In this document: one piece after another, positions 26,580 through 39,579 of the stretch | Position numbering within the stretch: the stretch's first letter is position 1 | How the letters are laid out: each line of letters starts with the position of its first letter | NCBI GenBank assembly: GCA_002269645.1 | Contig: NIVC01000006.1 | Span: 992,001 to 1,056,000 of the forward strand | Direction: 5' to 3' | Source: Macrostomum lignano | Taxonomy: Eukaryota | DNA: 64,000 bases | The notes under the pieces: generated by a model | Databases searched by the model: none | Seen by the model: the letters and a program-made list of their open reading frames with translations, nothing else | Told to the model about the DNA's origin: nothing | Position numbers and translations under genes: made by a program

Positions 26580-26930
26580 ACTGATCACTGATCCTAAATA
26601 TTCTGTAGTGACCTGTGATTGGGACTGGTCACTGATCCCAAATATTATGCAGTGACCTGTGATTGGGACTGGTCACTGATCCCAAATATTATCCAGTGAC
26701 CTGTGATTGGGACTGGTCACTGATCTCAAATATTATGCAGTGACCTGTGATTGCGACTGGTCACTGATCCCAAATATTATGCAGTGACCTGTGATTGGGA
26801 CTGGTCACTGATCCCAAATATTATGCAGTGACCTGTGATTGGGACTGGTCACTGATCTCAAATATTGTGCAGTGACCTATGATTGAAACTGGTCACTGAT
26901 GCCAAATATTCTGCAGTGACCTGTGATTGA
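26580..26930. repeat. 44-bp palindromic minisatellite in SCAMP intron 1
   Basis: Unit GTGACCTGTGATTGGGACTGGTCACTGATCCCAAATATTATGCA. Confidence 0.9.
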
Positions 26931-28829
26931 GACAATGGAAGATTTAAAATGCAAAGTAATTAATTAAGTAAGTAACTTTGCCTATTAGGTATTGATTGCC
27001 ATAGTCAGGAAAGTAGCATAATATGTCAAAACAACTTTTGCGAGATAATCTAGGAGAAAAAGAATTGACTATAATTTGCCTAAAGTACAATTTGTCTAAG
27101 TGAATTGCCCATTGAACTTTTCTTGCTAAGATTTGCTTTAAGTGAATTTTGTATATAAGCAAGTTGCCTATGACAAGTAAATTTTCTACCAAGCTTTTCC
27201 TGCCAAGGTTTGCCCTATAATGCTTTTTTATTTACATTTAGCCACATGCTTTTGTTTGCATTCTCTCTTTCAATTCTTAATAACCCATGATAAAGAGATT
27301 TATAGGACAAAATGACCTAGCATATACATTAATTGATAGCTTATCAATGTGTTTTGGCAATCTTCTTCTTGTTTTGTATTCTAAATTATTTTTTTCCATT
27401 TATTTGCCATTGGAGCTACTTGCAGCACGGTAGGATGCCCTTTAGCACCATACAGTCATAACTCTTATTGCCAAACTATGAGCTACCATTGAACTATGCA
27501 ACTTAGACCTAAATCATTGTGAGCTAGTTGCCTTAGTACCAAATGTAAATACTACTATATGCTGATTAGCAAAGTACTATCTGCTACAAAATATCCTAGA
27601 TTGTAGTACCTGCAATGTCCCAATGTCTCTATAGCACTGTGCTAGGTAAGATTACATTGATTATGTAAGATTACATAAAAATGAAAAGTCTGTCTGTGTA
27701 CTTTGCTATGGACTCCCAAGCCAGTTAACCAAAACCAAATTATACCAAATTTTACACCCACCTTAAACTCACTATGGAAAGTGTCATAAACTACTTTAAA
27801 ATTTCCTAAATCCAAGTCTTCCTACTTAAAAGTGCAAAAAAACTGCAAAAAGTGGGATTTTTTCACTAAATCCTCCCATATATTTACTCATTTTACAAAT
27901 CATTTTAAAATTTGGATACAAAATTTTTTTAACTATTACACAATTGTGTAAAATTTCAAGTCTAAAAGATAATCCTGACTGGTGCTATGCAGTTTTGAAG
28001 TTAGTCTGCTTTTTGTCAATGAGAGAGCCACCCCAACCTTTATCTGCCTTTCTATTCTTTATCTGGCCTAGATCTGCAAAGGGTTTTAAAATCAAATAAC
28101 TTTTGGCAGCCAAATGTCAAGCAATTGACTTCTAACTTGACACAATTATTCATTGACTTATTCTCTATCTAAATATAAAGTCTCAACTCTTTAACTCAAA
28201 CAGGATAGAAACTATAAGCATATGAAGTTTCTTTGCTTTTTCTGTCATTTGTTCCACTCACTCACTTACTGTTCCAAAGCCAGACTAAGGGTCAGACAAT
28301 AGGGCTAAATATACATGGCAATGCACAGTGTTTTGTTTTGGAATAACTTTTTATAGCCTTCTTTGCATCGCCACAGAGAGGCTACATTTTAGCCATAACA
28401 GTTTAGTGAGAAATTCTAACCACTGCCCTCTATATAGGCAAACTCTGCAACAGTTTTAATAGCAGATAGTAATCTGCAAATCAAAGCAATCCAACAGGGT
28501 TTGTAAAAGCAAAAGATTTATGAAAAAGGGATGTAATGCAATACAACCCTATGAAATTAGTTACACCATGGAAATTTTAAGTTTCTCTTAAAAGTACTTT
28601 AAAATTTAAATGGCCTAAAAATGCATATTTCCTTGGTTGTTAGACTGCTGCAGAATGCAATGGAGCTAAAGATATACAAATTCTTTTCAGGGCTACAAAT
28701 TGGCAAGAAAGATGACGTGATCAAAGCATGAGAACAACCATAAGAGTACTATGTCCCACAAACTGGCTTTGTAAGCAGGGATAGGCAGACTTTTACCTCA
28801 AAGCCAGATAAAGAATCCAGCTCATGCCT

Positions 28830-29830
28830 CATGGCTGCAGGCTAGATGAGACTAAGTGGAAACAAGAGAGAATATACATGTAGAAAAGGGAGGAGAGGCA
28901 AGATAGGAGATAAGAGAAAAGATAGAAGATAAAATGAAAAAAGAGGGAGGTGAGTAGAGAGAGGGAAGAGAAAAGCAGGGAAAGGAGAGAGGAGGAGTGA
29001 AAGAGCAAAAGAAGGGAGAAAGGAGGGAAGAGAGGAGAGAGAAGAGAGGAAAGACGAGAGACAAAGAGAGAGAGAGAGAGAGAGAAGTGCAAGAATGAGG
29101 AGAGAGAAAAGGGGAGAGAATCATAAAGAGAGGGGAGAGAGGGGAAAAGAAAGAGAGAGGAAAGGGAAGAAAAGAGAGTTTTGAGAGCAATGATGACAAG
29201 AAAGATAAGAAAGTAAAGGGAAGAAAGAAGAGATAAAGTTGTAGAGATGAAAGAAATGAAAGGTGAGATGAGAAATGAGAGATAATAGATAAAAAAGAGG
29301 AGAGTAAGGAGAAGAGGAGATAGAATAGAGAGAGAGAGAGAGAGAGAGTATAGAAGAGGGAAGAGAAGAGAAGAGAGGAGAAAGGAAAGAAAGGAGTCAA
29401 GAGGGGAAGAAAAGGGAAGATAAGAACAGAGACAAGAGTGAACAGAAAGAAAGGGAAAGGGAGAGAGGAGAGAGCAGAGGAAAGGAAAATGGAGAGGGGA
29501 GAGACTAGAGAGAAAAGAGATGGGAGAGCAGAGAGCAGAGATGAGAGAAGAGATGAGGTAAGATTAGAGAGAAAAGTGAAGAGGGGAGAGAGGGGACAGA
29601 AGAGAAGAGGGGAGAGAAGAGAGTAGAGGAAAAATAAGAGAGCAGAGGGGAGATTGGAGAAAGCAAAGAGAAGACGGAGAGGAGAGAAGAGAGGAAAGAT
29701 GAGAGGAGATGAGATGATAGAAATGAGAGAGCAGAGATGAGAGACAAAAGAAGAAAGAGAAGAGGGGAGAATAGAAGAGAGATAAGAGATGAGAGAAGAG
29801 AGGAAGCAAAAGAGAAAATAGAAGTTTCAA
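28830..29830. repeat. Polypurine (GA-rich) low-complexity tract
   Basis: About 1 kb almost entirely G/A on the + strand. Confidence 0.9.
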
Positions 29831-30221
29831 ATGATCCAAGGGATATTAATATAGAGAAAACAAAGGCAAAGGCCAGAATTTGCCACTATATGTTTTTAAT
29901 AGGCATTGGCTGACATTCTGGCAATGTGATCAATGCTTTCCTCAAATCTTAATTTTATAGGAATTTACTCCAATTTTGTTTAGACCTCTGGCTCTGTCTA
30001 TCTCCTGACCTAACTATTAACATACATGCCCAACACCCATCCAACCCGTCTGAACCAGACAGGTGAAATGGCCGCCAGCCAAGGTAAGTCGCAAAATTGA
30101 AAATGGGAAAAACGAAAAATTGGGGGAAGAAAGAAAGGAAAGGAAGAGAAAAGGAAAAGAAAGGAAGAAGAGAGAGAGGGAAAGAGGAGAGAGAAAGAGA
30201 AAGAGAAGAAAAGAGAATAGA

Positions 30222-30770
30222 GGAACTAAGTAGCAATTAGGAGGAACTAAGTCGCAATCAGGAGGAACTAAGTTGCAATCAGGAGGAACTAAGTCGCAAT
30301 TGAGAGGAACTAAGTTGCATTCGGGAGGAACTAAGTCACAATCGAGAGGAACTAAGTCACAATCAGGAGGAACTAAGTTGCAATTGGGAGGAACTAAGTC
30401 ACAATCAGGAGGAACTAAGTTGCAATTGGGAGGAACTAAGTCGCAATCGGGAGGAACTAAGTCGCAATCGGGAGGAACTAAGTTGCAATCAGGAGGAACT
30501 AAGTTGCAATTGAGAGGAACTAAGTCGCATTCGGGAGGAACTAAGTCATAATCGAGAGGAACTAAGTCACAATCAGGAGGAACTAAGTCGCAATTGGAGG
30601 AACTAAGTTGCAATCAGGAGGAACTAAGTCGCAATCAGGAGGAACTAAGTCGCAATCAGGAGGAACTAAGTCACAATTGGGAGGAACTAAGTTGCAATTG
30701 GGAGGAATTAAGTCACAATCAAGAGGAACTAGCTAAGTCGCAATCAGGAGGAACAAAGTCGCAATCGGGA
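30222..30770. repeat. 21-bp minisatellite inside the hAT element
   Basis: Unit GGAGGAACTAAGTCGCAATCA, containing the family subterminal TAAGTCGCA motif. Confidence 0.95.
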
Positions 30771-31360
30771 GATTTTTTGCCTGTCCTCTAGGCAATGCAG
30801 TAGTGTATCTAGGCATTGTATATATGGCAAATTTTTGAAGGCATGATATATACAAGGCTCCAATTTGTGTGCAGCACAATGGTGTTGGAAGAAATTGTTT
30901 CTTGCCCATGGTTTTAGCAAACTTATAAGTCTAACTCAATTTCCTGTTATCACAGATGCTTTATCTATTGTAACACCCTGTGGGTTATTGCATCTGCAAC
31001 ATGAATATCAATTTTTGCATTCTGCACAAATAGATCTCTATTAGAAGCAACAACCTCTGGATTTTGGACGGCCATTAACAGTCCCTCTCTGTATGGGATA
31101 GTGGTGCTTCTAGTTCTTTTGAATGTGCTGCAGCTGCACTATCACCTGATCCTTGGGATGCACTTAAGATTGTTGGTAAATTTTATTCTAATATTCAATG
31201 CCTACCAGAATAATCATTAACTTCTCCAGGAGTTACACAACCAAGTTTCCATTGTGTAAAAGGCAATGGCTTTTGCTCTTCAGCTGCAGAAAGGGGGCAC
31301 TAGTTGATAGAATAGTCTTCATGGCCTTTTTGATCCCATTCACATGCAGGATTCAATATA

Positions 31361-32663
31361 CGAGGGCTGAGCAATAAGTTTCTGGGTGTGCATAGTTGAG
31401 AGGCAACTGACAAAATCTGACACCATAGGTGTCAAGTACATTATATAAGTACAATGTTTGTAAAGATTCAAACACATTGGTCATATATAGCCAGTGCAGC
31501 ATCCCAAACCAAGCTAGCATAGCCACCCTATCTATCAAATTCACAATGGAGCTCAATAGGAGTCATTTTAGAGAAATGATTTATTACCATTTTAAAAGTG
31601 GTTTGCGGCAGCAAGAAAGTCTTGAGCAATTGCAAGGAGCTTTTGGGGATGAAGCACATCTAGATCCACCATTTTTGACTAGTTTGCCAAATTTTGATGT
31701 GGCAGGCAGAGTCTAGATGATGAGGAGCGCAGCGGCTGGTCTGTCTCTGCAATGACTGAGGATAATGTTGCTGCTGTCTGGGCCATGGTTGAGGATGATG
31801 CCCGAGTAACTGACCCAGATAGAGGCAGAGATGGGTATTTCATCAGGATTCATCAGGACAATCCTGCATTCACATCTAAACCTGAGCAAGATTTCTGCAT
31901 GCTGGGTGCCTCATCAGCTGACTCTGGAGCAGGAGGCTTGGGTGACCTGGTGCTGCACTATGCTTGACAGATTCAATGGAGGCAGCTCAAACTCAGTCTG
32001 GGATATTATCAGTGGTGACAAGTCCTGGATCCATAGTTTTGACCCAGAGACTAAGCAGCAGTTGGCCCAGTGGACTCCAGTTGGTGGCACCCCACCATCC
32101 AAGCTTCAGTGAGAGTGCAACATGGCAAAGCAGATGGTGGCCATTTTTGTGGCAAAAACTGGTCATCTAGCCACAGTTCCACTTGTGCAGCAGCGCACAG
32201 TCACTGGTGACTGGTACGCCAATGTTTGTGTGCCAGAAGTGCTGAGCGCTCTCTCCAGGCGTCGCCCAAGGACTCGAGCTTGGGGCCGCCGCATCCTTCT
32301 CCATCACAACAATGTCCCGGCCCACAAGGCTCGACAGGTAGCAGAGTTCCTGGCTAGAAAGCACATTCAAGAGCTTGGTCATCCACCTTACAGCCTCGAC
32401 CTAGCCCTTGTTTCTACAAATCAAGCGCAGGATAGTCCTATGTGGAATCCACTATGGATCACCAGAAGCTGCAATGGAGGCCTTCATTTGGCATATGGAG
32501 TCCGAGGTGCCTACTTCAGATTGGTCCAGCTGCTTTAGCAAATGGTAAAGCGCATGAAAATTTACATTGAATCTGCTTGAGAGTACTTTGAAAAGATGTA
32601 ACTGTTTTTTCTCTCTAAGTATTTCTGTCTGGGCATATCTGGAAACTTATTGCTCAGCCCTCA
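31361..32663 (+). mobile_element. Mariner (Tc1/mariner, D34D-type) transposon, full length, inactive
   Basis: TIRs (C/T)GAGGGCTGAGCAATAAGTTTC; TA TSD at 31359-31360 and 32664-32665; about 1.3 kb. Confidence 0.95.
31546..32601 (+). pseudogene. Frameshifted mariner transposase
   Basis: MELNRSHFREMIYYHFKSG (HTH), WVPHQLT, ISGDKSW, LLHHNNVPAH and HPPYSLDLA are spread over several frames with stops; the second catalytic Asp is changed to Asn. Confidence 0.9.
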
Positions 32664-33609
32664 TATAGTCAGGTGCAGGTCTATCTTTAAGTAAAGTATA
32701 CAATGATTGAAAAGAATGTACACCTATATATATATATATATGCACAAGTGTATATATACAAGCTAGTTTGCCAGACATATACAGTACAGTATGTAGAGTG
32801 TAGCCTACAGGGTATAGGCTATAGTGCAATTTAGTATAATGCTGCATAAGTGAATGATAAATCAATCAGTAAAGAAAGTAAGGGCAGGAGAAAGGGAAAA
32901 GAAATGAGGTACTTCTATGTTTCAATAAGTACAAGCATGCACAAGGTGTGCTACCCCCCTACCCCCCAGTCCTTCAGTGTGGTAGTGCATAGGTAAGTCA
33001 CATATCTGGACAAAACTAAGTTGCACTGGACAGGTGAAATTTTGAGGTTGGGCATGTATGACTATTAACAAGTTTTTTGTTTGAGTATGATTTTAGATTT
33101 TAGAATACAAATAAAAATAGTTCTGGGGACTAGAATTCTATCAGTTTAAATTCCACAGGTTTCAATAGCTTGTTATAATATATTTATTTATTAAATCCCC
33201 ATGCATAATATTAATAATATGTGGTTTTTATTTTTACTATTAATTCTATTATCTAACTATAAAACTGGCTCTAATTATAGCTCTAACCAGAATAGCCAAA
33301 AAATTGCAACAACTCAATTAATAAGATCTGCAAAACTCTGAATAGTCAATCTACTAGACCTAAAATAGGCTTATAGGCCTATATAAAGCCATTGCATTAA
33401 AGGGTACTCCAGAAGAACAATTTTTGCTATATTTTCCAACAGTTATTGTCTCCAATTTATATTGTATCTTTAAGTAGATATTAAAATTGGTTATATTAGT
33501 TATATTATTATTAAAATAAAATTTGTTTCTTATCTGAGTGAGGACTAGACTAGGTAGAGCTAGCTGGGCAACAATAAAATACATACAGCTCTACACTTAT
33601 GTCACTTAC

Positions 33610-33663
33610 CGAAAAGGGGCTATTTCTGGATGGGTCAGCAAACGGATTATCAAAATCTGACAT
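33610..33663 (-). CDS. SCAMP: SCAMP exon 1 (start)
   Basis: MSDFDNPFADPSRNSPFS|GTAAGT joins in phase 0 to DPSVQQ, matching SCAMP1-type MSDFDSNPFADP...NPFxDPSV. Confidence 0.9.
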
Positions 33664-35149
33664 TTTAATTTAGATTACTGCCCAAAATGCTTAACCATAA
33701 ATAGCGATAGTTGACAACAGCGTCCTACACTACTCGGGTCGGGTGTAAACAACAATGTCTTCGTTGACAGATTTTTGCAACCTGGTTTCTAGGAAAGGTT
33801 ATTTTAAAGCCCGCGTTAACTAATAGCCTAGGCTTAAAATGCACAATAGGCTATTGATTTAAACACTGTATCAGTATGAGGTTTAACAACTCGTGTTTAG
33901 CAGTTTATATTTAAATCTAACATAATTTGAAGTGCAATTTTAAATCCAATACTCGATCAAAGGCCTTTTCATATTGCTTGTTCTAGAATTAGATCCATTT
34001 TGTAAATGTAAGGAAAGAGTGTTGGTAATTCGCGGCCCGGCCTAGCCTATCCACACTGGATGCTATCTGCCAAAATGCCTATGCACTGCAATGAGGGTGA
34101 CATTCAATGAAAACTTGCAAGCTTCTCAAGTAAGCACTTGGGAAATTAGGAAATTTCAAATTCTAACTATTCCTTGAGTTTTAAGTTTGAAAGAAAAGAC
34201 TTATATTGCTAGAAAAATCTTTAAAAACTGAATTCAGTAGATATATATAGGGCCTAAATTGTTTGCTTTAAATGTGAAAACAGAAAGCAAAACAGAAAAA
34301 AAATTCTACATACTTTCAACTTTTTGCACAGATTGTAATTATTTTTACAATAGGTCAAATATTATAAAGTAAAGACAAAGTGGTTCAATTTTTAATTGCT
34401 ACTGTGCATTACAGGGGGTTTGGTGACTGTATTGGAGGGTTGACTTAGTTTTCATTTCACAACTATATTTTTTAAAGTTATAATATTGAACTGAGACTAA
34501 TACTTACTGACTAAGAAATCAATTAAGCCATCTATTATTCCATTTGTTTTATTATTGGCATCTTTCTATAAGCAGCTCTATGAGTCTATGTTATCTTGGT
34601 AGTAAAATTCAATGAATACATTTTTGAGCCTTTTTAGCACATAGTTAATGAATACTCACTACTTCAATGCTTTAAATTGGGAATTTTCAAATGCAAACTG
34701 TTCTCTGACATTTAAACTTGGAGAGAGAAGAGACTTAAATTGCTAGAGAGAGCCTACAACACTGAGTTTGACGATACAAGCTTCTTGCTTTAAAAAAAAA
34801 CAGAAAGCACAACATTCAAGAAAAAATCATTCTTTTAACTTTCTCACATGTTCTGTATACAATGCAAATGACCCCCCTCCTGTGTTGGGGGTGGCAGCAA
34901 TAAGGCTCAGTATACATAGTGAATGCCCAGTAAAAAGGCTGCAGATAGCAATGAAATAAAAGAATGATAAAATATTAACCCTAATCCTAACCACTGATGC
35001 CTCCAAATTGAATATTTTAAATATAGATTGCTTCTTTTGGATCCTAATTTAACAGTCTTGATGGATTGCAATTTCATGGAGATGTTGGGTATTATGATTA
35101 AATTGATGAATTGTAGCTTGACAGAGATGATATTGGTAGATTGTTATTG

Positions 35150-35580
35150 AACAAAGTGGATTTTGATGGAATTCAGTTTCATCAAAAAAAATTGATAAAG
35201 TTCTGTTTCATAAAGAGGATTTCAATGGCTTTCAGTTTCACAAAAAAGATTTTGATAGATTTATGTTTTACAAAAATGATTTTGATAGATATCTGTTTCA
35301 CAAAGAGGATTTTAATAGATTTCTGTTTCACAAAGAGGATTTTGATAGATTTCTGTTTCACAAATAGGATTTTGATAGAATCTTGTTTCACAAAAAGGAT
35401 TGTGATGGATTTCTGTCTTATAGAGATTTTGATTAATGTCTTTCACAGATAAGCTTTTGATGGTGTTCTGTTTAATAAAGAGGCTTTTGATGGAGTTTTG
35501 TTCAATGGAAAGACTTTGAAGTATTTCTGTTTCATGGAAAAGATATTAATGAAGTCCAGTTTCATTTAGGGGATTTTGAT
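35150..35580. repeat. Diverged 30-bp tandem repeat
   Basis: Unit approximately GATTTTGATAGATTTCTGTTTCACAAAGAG. Confidence 0.8.
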
Positions 35581-36037
35581 AGATTTGAAAGGATTAGGAT
35601 AATGGGTTAGGTCATGGGATTCAGCTGATGGATTTCAGGGAATCAGGGGAAAAACTCACTTTTCCTATAAGTTATGTGATTAAAAAAATGTAATAGATTT
35701 TTTTATAAATTATTGCAATTTTCCCTAATTTTTGTTATGGAAAGGTTTTACAAAGAATATATAGATACATATATGGTTATAAAAACACATATTCCCCATT
35801 TTTATTTTTTATATCTAGGCTTCTCAATAACTTAGAAGACTATTATGTTATGTAGTGAGCCATTAGTTTAATGTTAGGCATTGCACTACTTTCACCAATT
35901 TTCCTTGCCTTTGCCTTAGGTTACTATCTGCTGCTAAGCAGCCTCTCTCCTCTTTTGCCTGCCCATTCTCTATTTCCCTCTCTTTTTCTACATTCTTATA
36001 GCCACAGGCATCTCTGCTGTGGTCTGCTGTTTGTTTC

Positions 36038-36583
36038 GGGAGCACCCCAACTGCCAGCCGACAATTGCCAGCCAACAACTGCCAGCCGAGAAATCTGCCA
36101 GCCAACAACTGCCAGCCAACAAGTTCTAGCTAATTGAATTTACTGTAGCCTACTTATTAGCTAATATATACTTCTAATGGAAATCTGAAAAAATTAGGGT
36201 AGGGAAGGGCAACATTTAAGGCTACCCCACAAGCCTTTTGCTAGCCAAACAGTTTCGTGCTTTTTACTTAGCTAATAAGTAGGCTACAGTAGATTCAATT
36301 AGCTAGAACTTGTCGGCTGGCAGTTGTCAGCTGGCAGATTTCTGAGCTGACAGTTGTTGGCTGGCAGTTTTCCGGCTGGCAGTTTTCTCGGCTGGCAATT
36401 GTTGACTGGCAATTGTTGACTGGCAGTTGTCGGCTGGCAGTTTTCCGGCTGGCAGTTTTCTCGGCTGGCAATTGTCGGCTGGCAGTTGTCGGCTGGCAGT
36501 TGTCAATTGGCAGTTGTCGGCTGGCAGTTGTCGGCTGGCAATTGTCGGCTGGCAGTTTTCCGGCTGGCAGTTGGGGTGGACCC
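36038..36583. mobile_element. MULE-like foldback element
   Basis: Termini GGGAGCACCCCAACTGCCAGCCG / CGGCTGGCAGTTGGGGTGGACCC; long inverted arms of CTGCCAGCCGACAA subrepeats; 9-bp TSD GTTTGTTTC at 36029-36037 and 36584-36592. Confidence 0.88.
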
Positions 36584-38386
36584 GTTTGTTTCACTCTAGT
36601 TTTAAGGTCATGGTTGGTGACCTGTTTTCTCTTGTTATATAAGCAAGTCACATGACAAGCCATGTTTTCATGGAGTCCAAAAATGTAATAAACATGTCAA
36701 TTGCACTGGCCTATGTTTATAGAGAAATCACCTGTCCTAGGACCCCAGCCTTCTCTAAGGCAAGAGGCAATCAGTTCATCAGTTCTAAAAATAGATACTT
36801 TGTCATATGGTCTGATGCATATTGTCCAAGGACCTTTGCCTTCTATAAAGCTCAAGGTGACAGTCATGCAGTCTTGTGCACAATGGCACAATGGGGATTC
36901 TTAGCCTATATAAGTATGGACCCCTCTCACCTTTGTTTCTATAAAAGATTTCTGTTTCAGTTTTAGGTCTAGTTCCTTGCTTTCAGTTCTTTTGCTATCC
37001 TGTTTTGGATTCTCAACATTTCTTTGTTTAAAGCCATCTATAATTGGCCTGACTGAACTTAGATGCCCAAGCCTAAAGGAAGCTAATACTGCCTTCCCAA
37101 CCACCTACTAAGCCTAGTGGGATCTGCTGACCAGATGCCTTGTTTGTTAATCTGCAAATCTGCATGTAGTGCCAGTTTGTTAACTTGTTTATTTAATCCG
37201 AATAGAAGCTCATCTTACTGAAGGCTTAGACCTGGCACATTATTGTAGCAACTAACTTTGCTACTAAAAGGCTTGTAATCAGATATAACAGAGAGCCATT
37301 TATACTATGCTAGTGCAGCCAAAAAGCACAAGTACAATGTTGTTTTATTAGGATTCTAAAGATCTACCAAACCACACCAAGACAATTGTCAGTATAAATC
37401 AGATAGAGTTGTCACTTTGCAAATAATATGAATAAAAAACCAACAATCAACATTAATAAGTCAATGCATTCCATGGTGCATCTTAAGATTTATTTTATTA
37501 AAACAAAAAAAACCAAGGCTAACAATAAAAAATATTAAATGAGTAATTATTCTATATAATAATTTGTCCAAAGATCAATAGGCAGGTCAGGGACAGAAAT
37601 TTTGGCAGAGCAATGCAGTCCATAGTTGGTGTTCTCTCTCAAAACTTAAAAAACACAAAAATCACAAAAGTACTATGTCAATACTTTAGTGGTGGCAGTG
37701 GTGGGTTATTGAAGACTTACTAAACTACCCCAATACAACCAAAAGCACTTCAATTTGAGCCATTAATTTGATAGGTCAGGGTGGAGCAATAGAACATTTT
37801 AGAATTGGATAAATATTGCCAGTTGCAAAGCTTTTGTGAGGTAAGCTTATTAAGTCCTTGGCTATTAAGGATTTTAGTAGCTTTTAGCAACAAATAAAAA
37901 TATGTACATTATACAAGCTAAGTGTCCAAGGGGTCATTCTTCTGTCCTTTAAACTAGTCTCAGCTGTCACAAAGTTGTTACAGGGTAAATCCTCTATTTT
38001 CTTAGAATTAGTCTGTGAGTTATTCTTAGTATATATCTAAATAATTGTCTAAGTATATGTCTGAGCATTAGTCTGTGTATTGCTCTTAGTGCAATGACAA
38101 GTCTGGGTATAGTTCTAAGTATTTCCTATTTCTTACTGGTAGTGTTATCATTCTGCTAGTAGCATTCTTACTAGTTCTGGAAGCATTATATGTAAAGCTA
38201 GCCTGAGTGGTATATTACTGTTATTACTACTGGTATATGTTCTGCATGTATTATTTCCAGTCCTAGGCATTCCTAAGATTAGAGGGTCATGGCCTCTGTA
38301 TTCTATATATACTGTATTGTTATGGATCTACATCATTTTCCTTCTCCTTATATGTTCTTCTTATCAGTACTTATTCTACTTATACA

Positions 38387-38524
38387 CATGCTTGGGCGCA
38401 ACCTTGGGATTCACTCGGCCTTGGATGGAATAGTAGTCACGTGACTGCTCTCAGCCAATAGCAACTTACATGTGTGTGTTGCCAATAGAAACGGCCAAGT
38501 GATTCCCAAGGTTGCGCATGTATG
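38387..38524. mobile_element. 138-bp hAT-type MITE
   Basis: Inverted arms GCGCAACCTTGGGATTCACTCGGCC / GGCCAAGTGATTCCCAAGGTTGCGC, ending GCATGTATG; 8-bp TSD CTTATACA. Confidence 0.85.
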
Positions 38525-38631
38525 CTTATACAGCACACAATTTCCTTCTACTTCACTCTGTCATGAGATGAATCAAATTGGAAAACACTTCTTTAGATAT
38601 TTCCTAACTCATTGAACACTTCAATCGCAAT

Positions 38632-38909
38632 CATACATGCGCAACCTCCAAATTTCGGTCGGCCGTGCGACTTAGCTTTAACAAAAATGCGACGTAGTTT
38701 TTGGCCAAAAATGCAACTTACATGTAAAAAACCCGAAAGCAAAATTAACGCAACTTTGGGTAAACGGCAGGAGTAACTATGACTGTCTTATAAAGCTAAA
38801 TTGCCTCGTCAGCTACTTAGCACTACCACTTGGTGTTTTTTCGGGTCGGCATTTTTGCGACTTCCTTGGTTGGCCGCCAAATCGATCGGCCAACTGTTGC
38901 GCATGCATG
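38632..38909 (+). mobile_element. 278-bp hAT-type MITE carrying a 28S rRNA-derived segment (38758-38820)
   Basis: TIRs CATACATGCGCAAC / GTTGCGCATGCATG; 8-bp TSD ATCGCAAT at 38624-38631 and 38910-38917. Confidence 0.9.
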
Positions 38910-39358
38910 ATCGCAATGCTAATTTGAAGTCAAGCCAAACTTAAAATGGTTGGGCTCTCTCTTGCCAAAAATGCATGTATTTAAACTAAGTTTTTGACTT
39001 TATTAAAACAATAATTAGATTGTGAAAATATTTTGGGAAATATGCACAGTATAACAAATCACTTTCTTAGCAATTGCATGGGTTCAAAATGTAATATACA
39101 TTTAATAGAAAAGAAAAATAGGAGCTCTATACATAAGTTAAAAAATAAACTGGCTTTTTAAACTATATTATGAATTTATGAACTTTTCCATAGTTTTTTT
39201 AGCTAATATATAAGTTTACTAACATTGTACCAAATAATTATATCTTATTCAACTATTGTGTATTTATAATAAATGTTTTTTAATTTCTTATAATTAATAC
39301 TTTAAAGTTTAACAAATCTGTGTGCTATCTTTTCAGTGTAAACTTATTGTCCAAAGAA

Positions 39359-39579
39359 ATGTCACTATCTGATGCAATAAAAAACAGCTGCTTGGACTCC
39401 ATGGTCAGGCTGATTGGTCCTTACACTCTAGTAACAGAGTTGAGCAATGATGGTCATTGGCATATCTATTTGTCAAACGGTGACAGTGTTCTATATGCTG
39501 ATCTTGGCAATAATGAGATTGATGATCTACAGACACGACTGGGTCTAACCAATCGACAAGGCGTTGTCAATCTAATTGG
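39359..39579 (+). CDS. PAXX: PAXX-like protein exon 1 (XRCC4-family head domain)
   Basis: ATG 22 nt after acceptor tttcag|. GHWHIYLSNGDSVLYADLGNNEIDDLQTRLGL aligns by eye to PAXX GGFNLYVTDAAELWSTCFTPDSLAALKARFGL. Donor GG|GTATGC. Confidence 0.7.

Larger units (their letters stand above)
30021..33060. mobile_element. Non-autonomous hAT-type DNA transposon (3040 bp) with nested mariner and internal minisatellite
   Basis: TIRs CATACATGCCCAAC...GTTGGGCATGTATG; perfect 8-bp TSD ACTATTAA at 30013-30020 and 33061-33068. Confidence 0.88.

Noticed and set aside
33754-33796. Possible + strand start exon MSSLTDFCNLVSRK head-to-head with SCAMP
   Set aside because: Weak donor (GTTATT) and phase incompatible with the PAXX acceptor at 39336; no partner exon found.
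38758-38820. 28S-like segments (here and 23898-23961) as rRNA genes
   Set aside because: Only about 63 bp, mutated, and embedded in TIR/TSD-bounded elements with no flanking rDNA.
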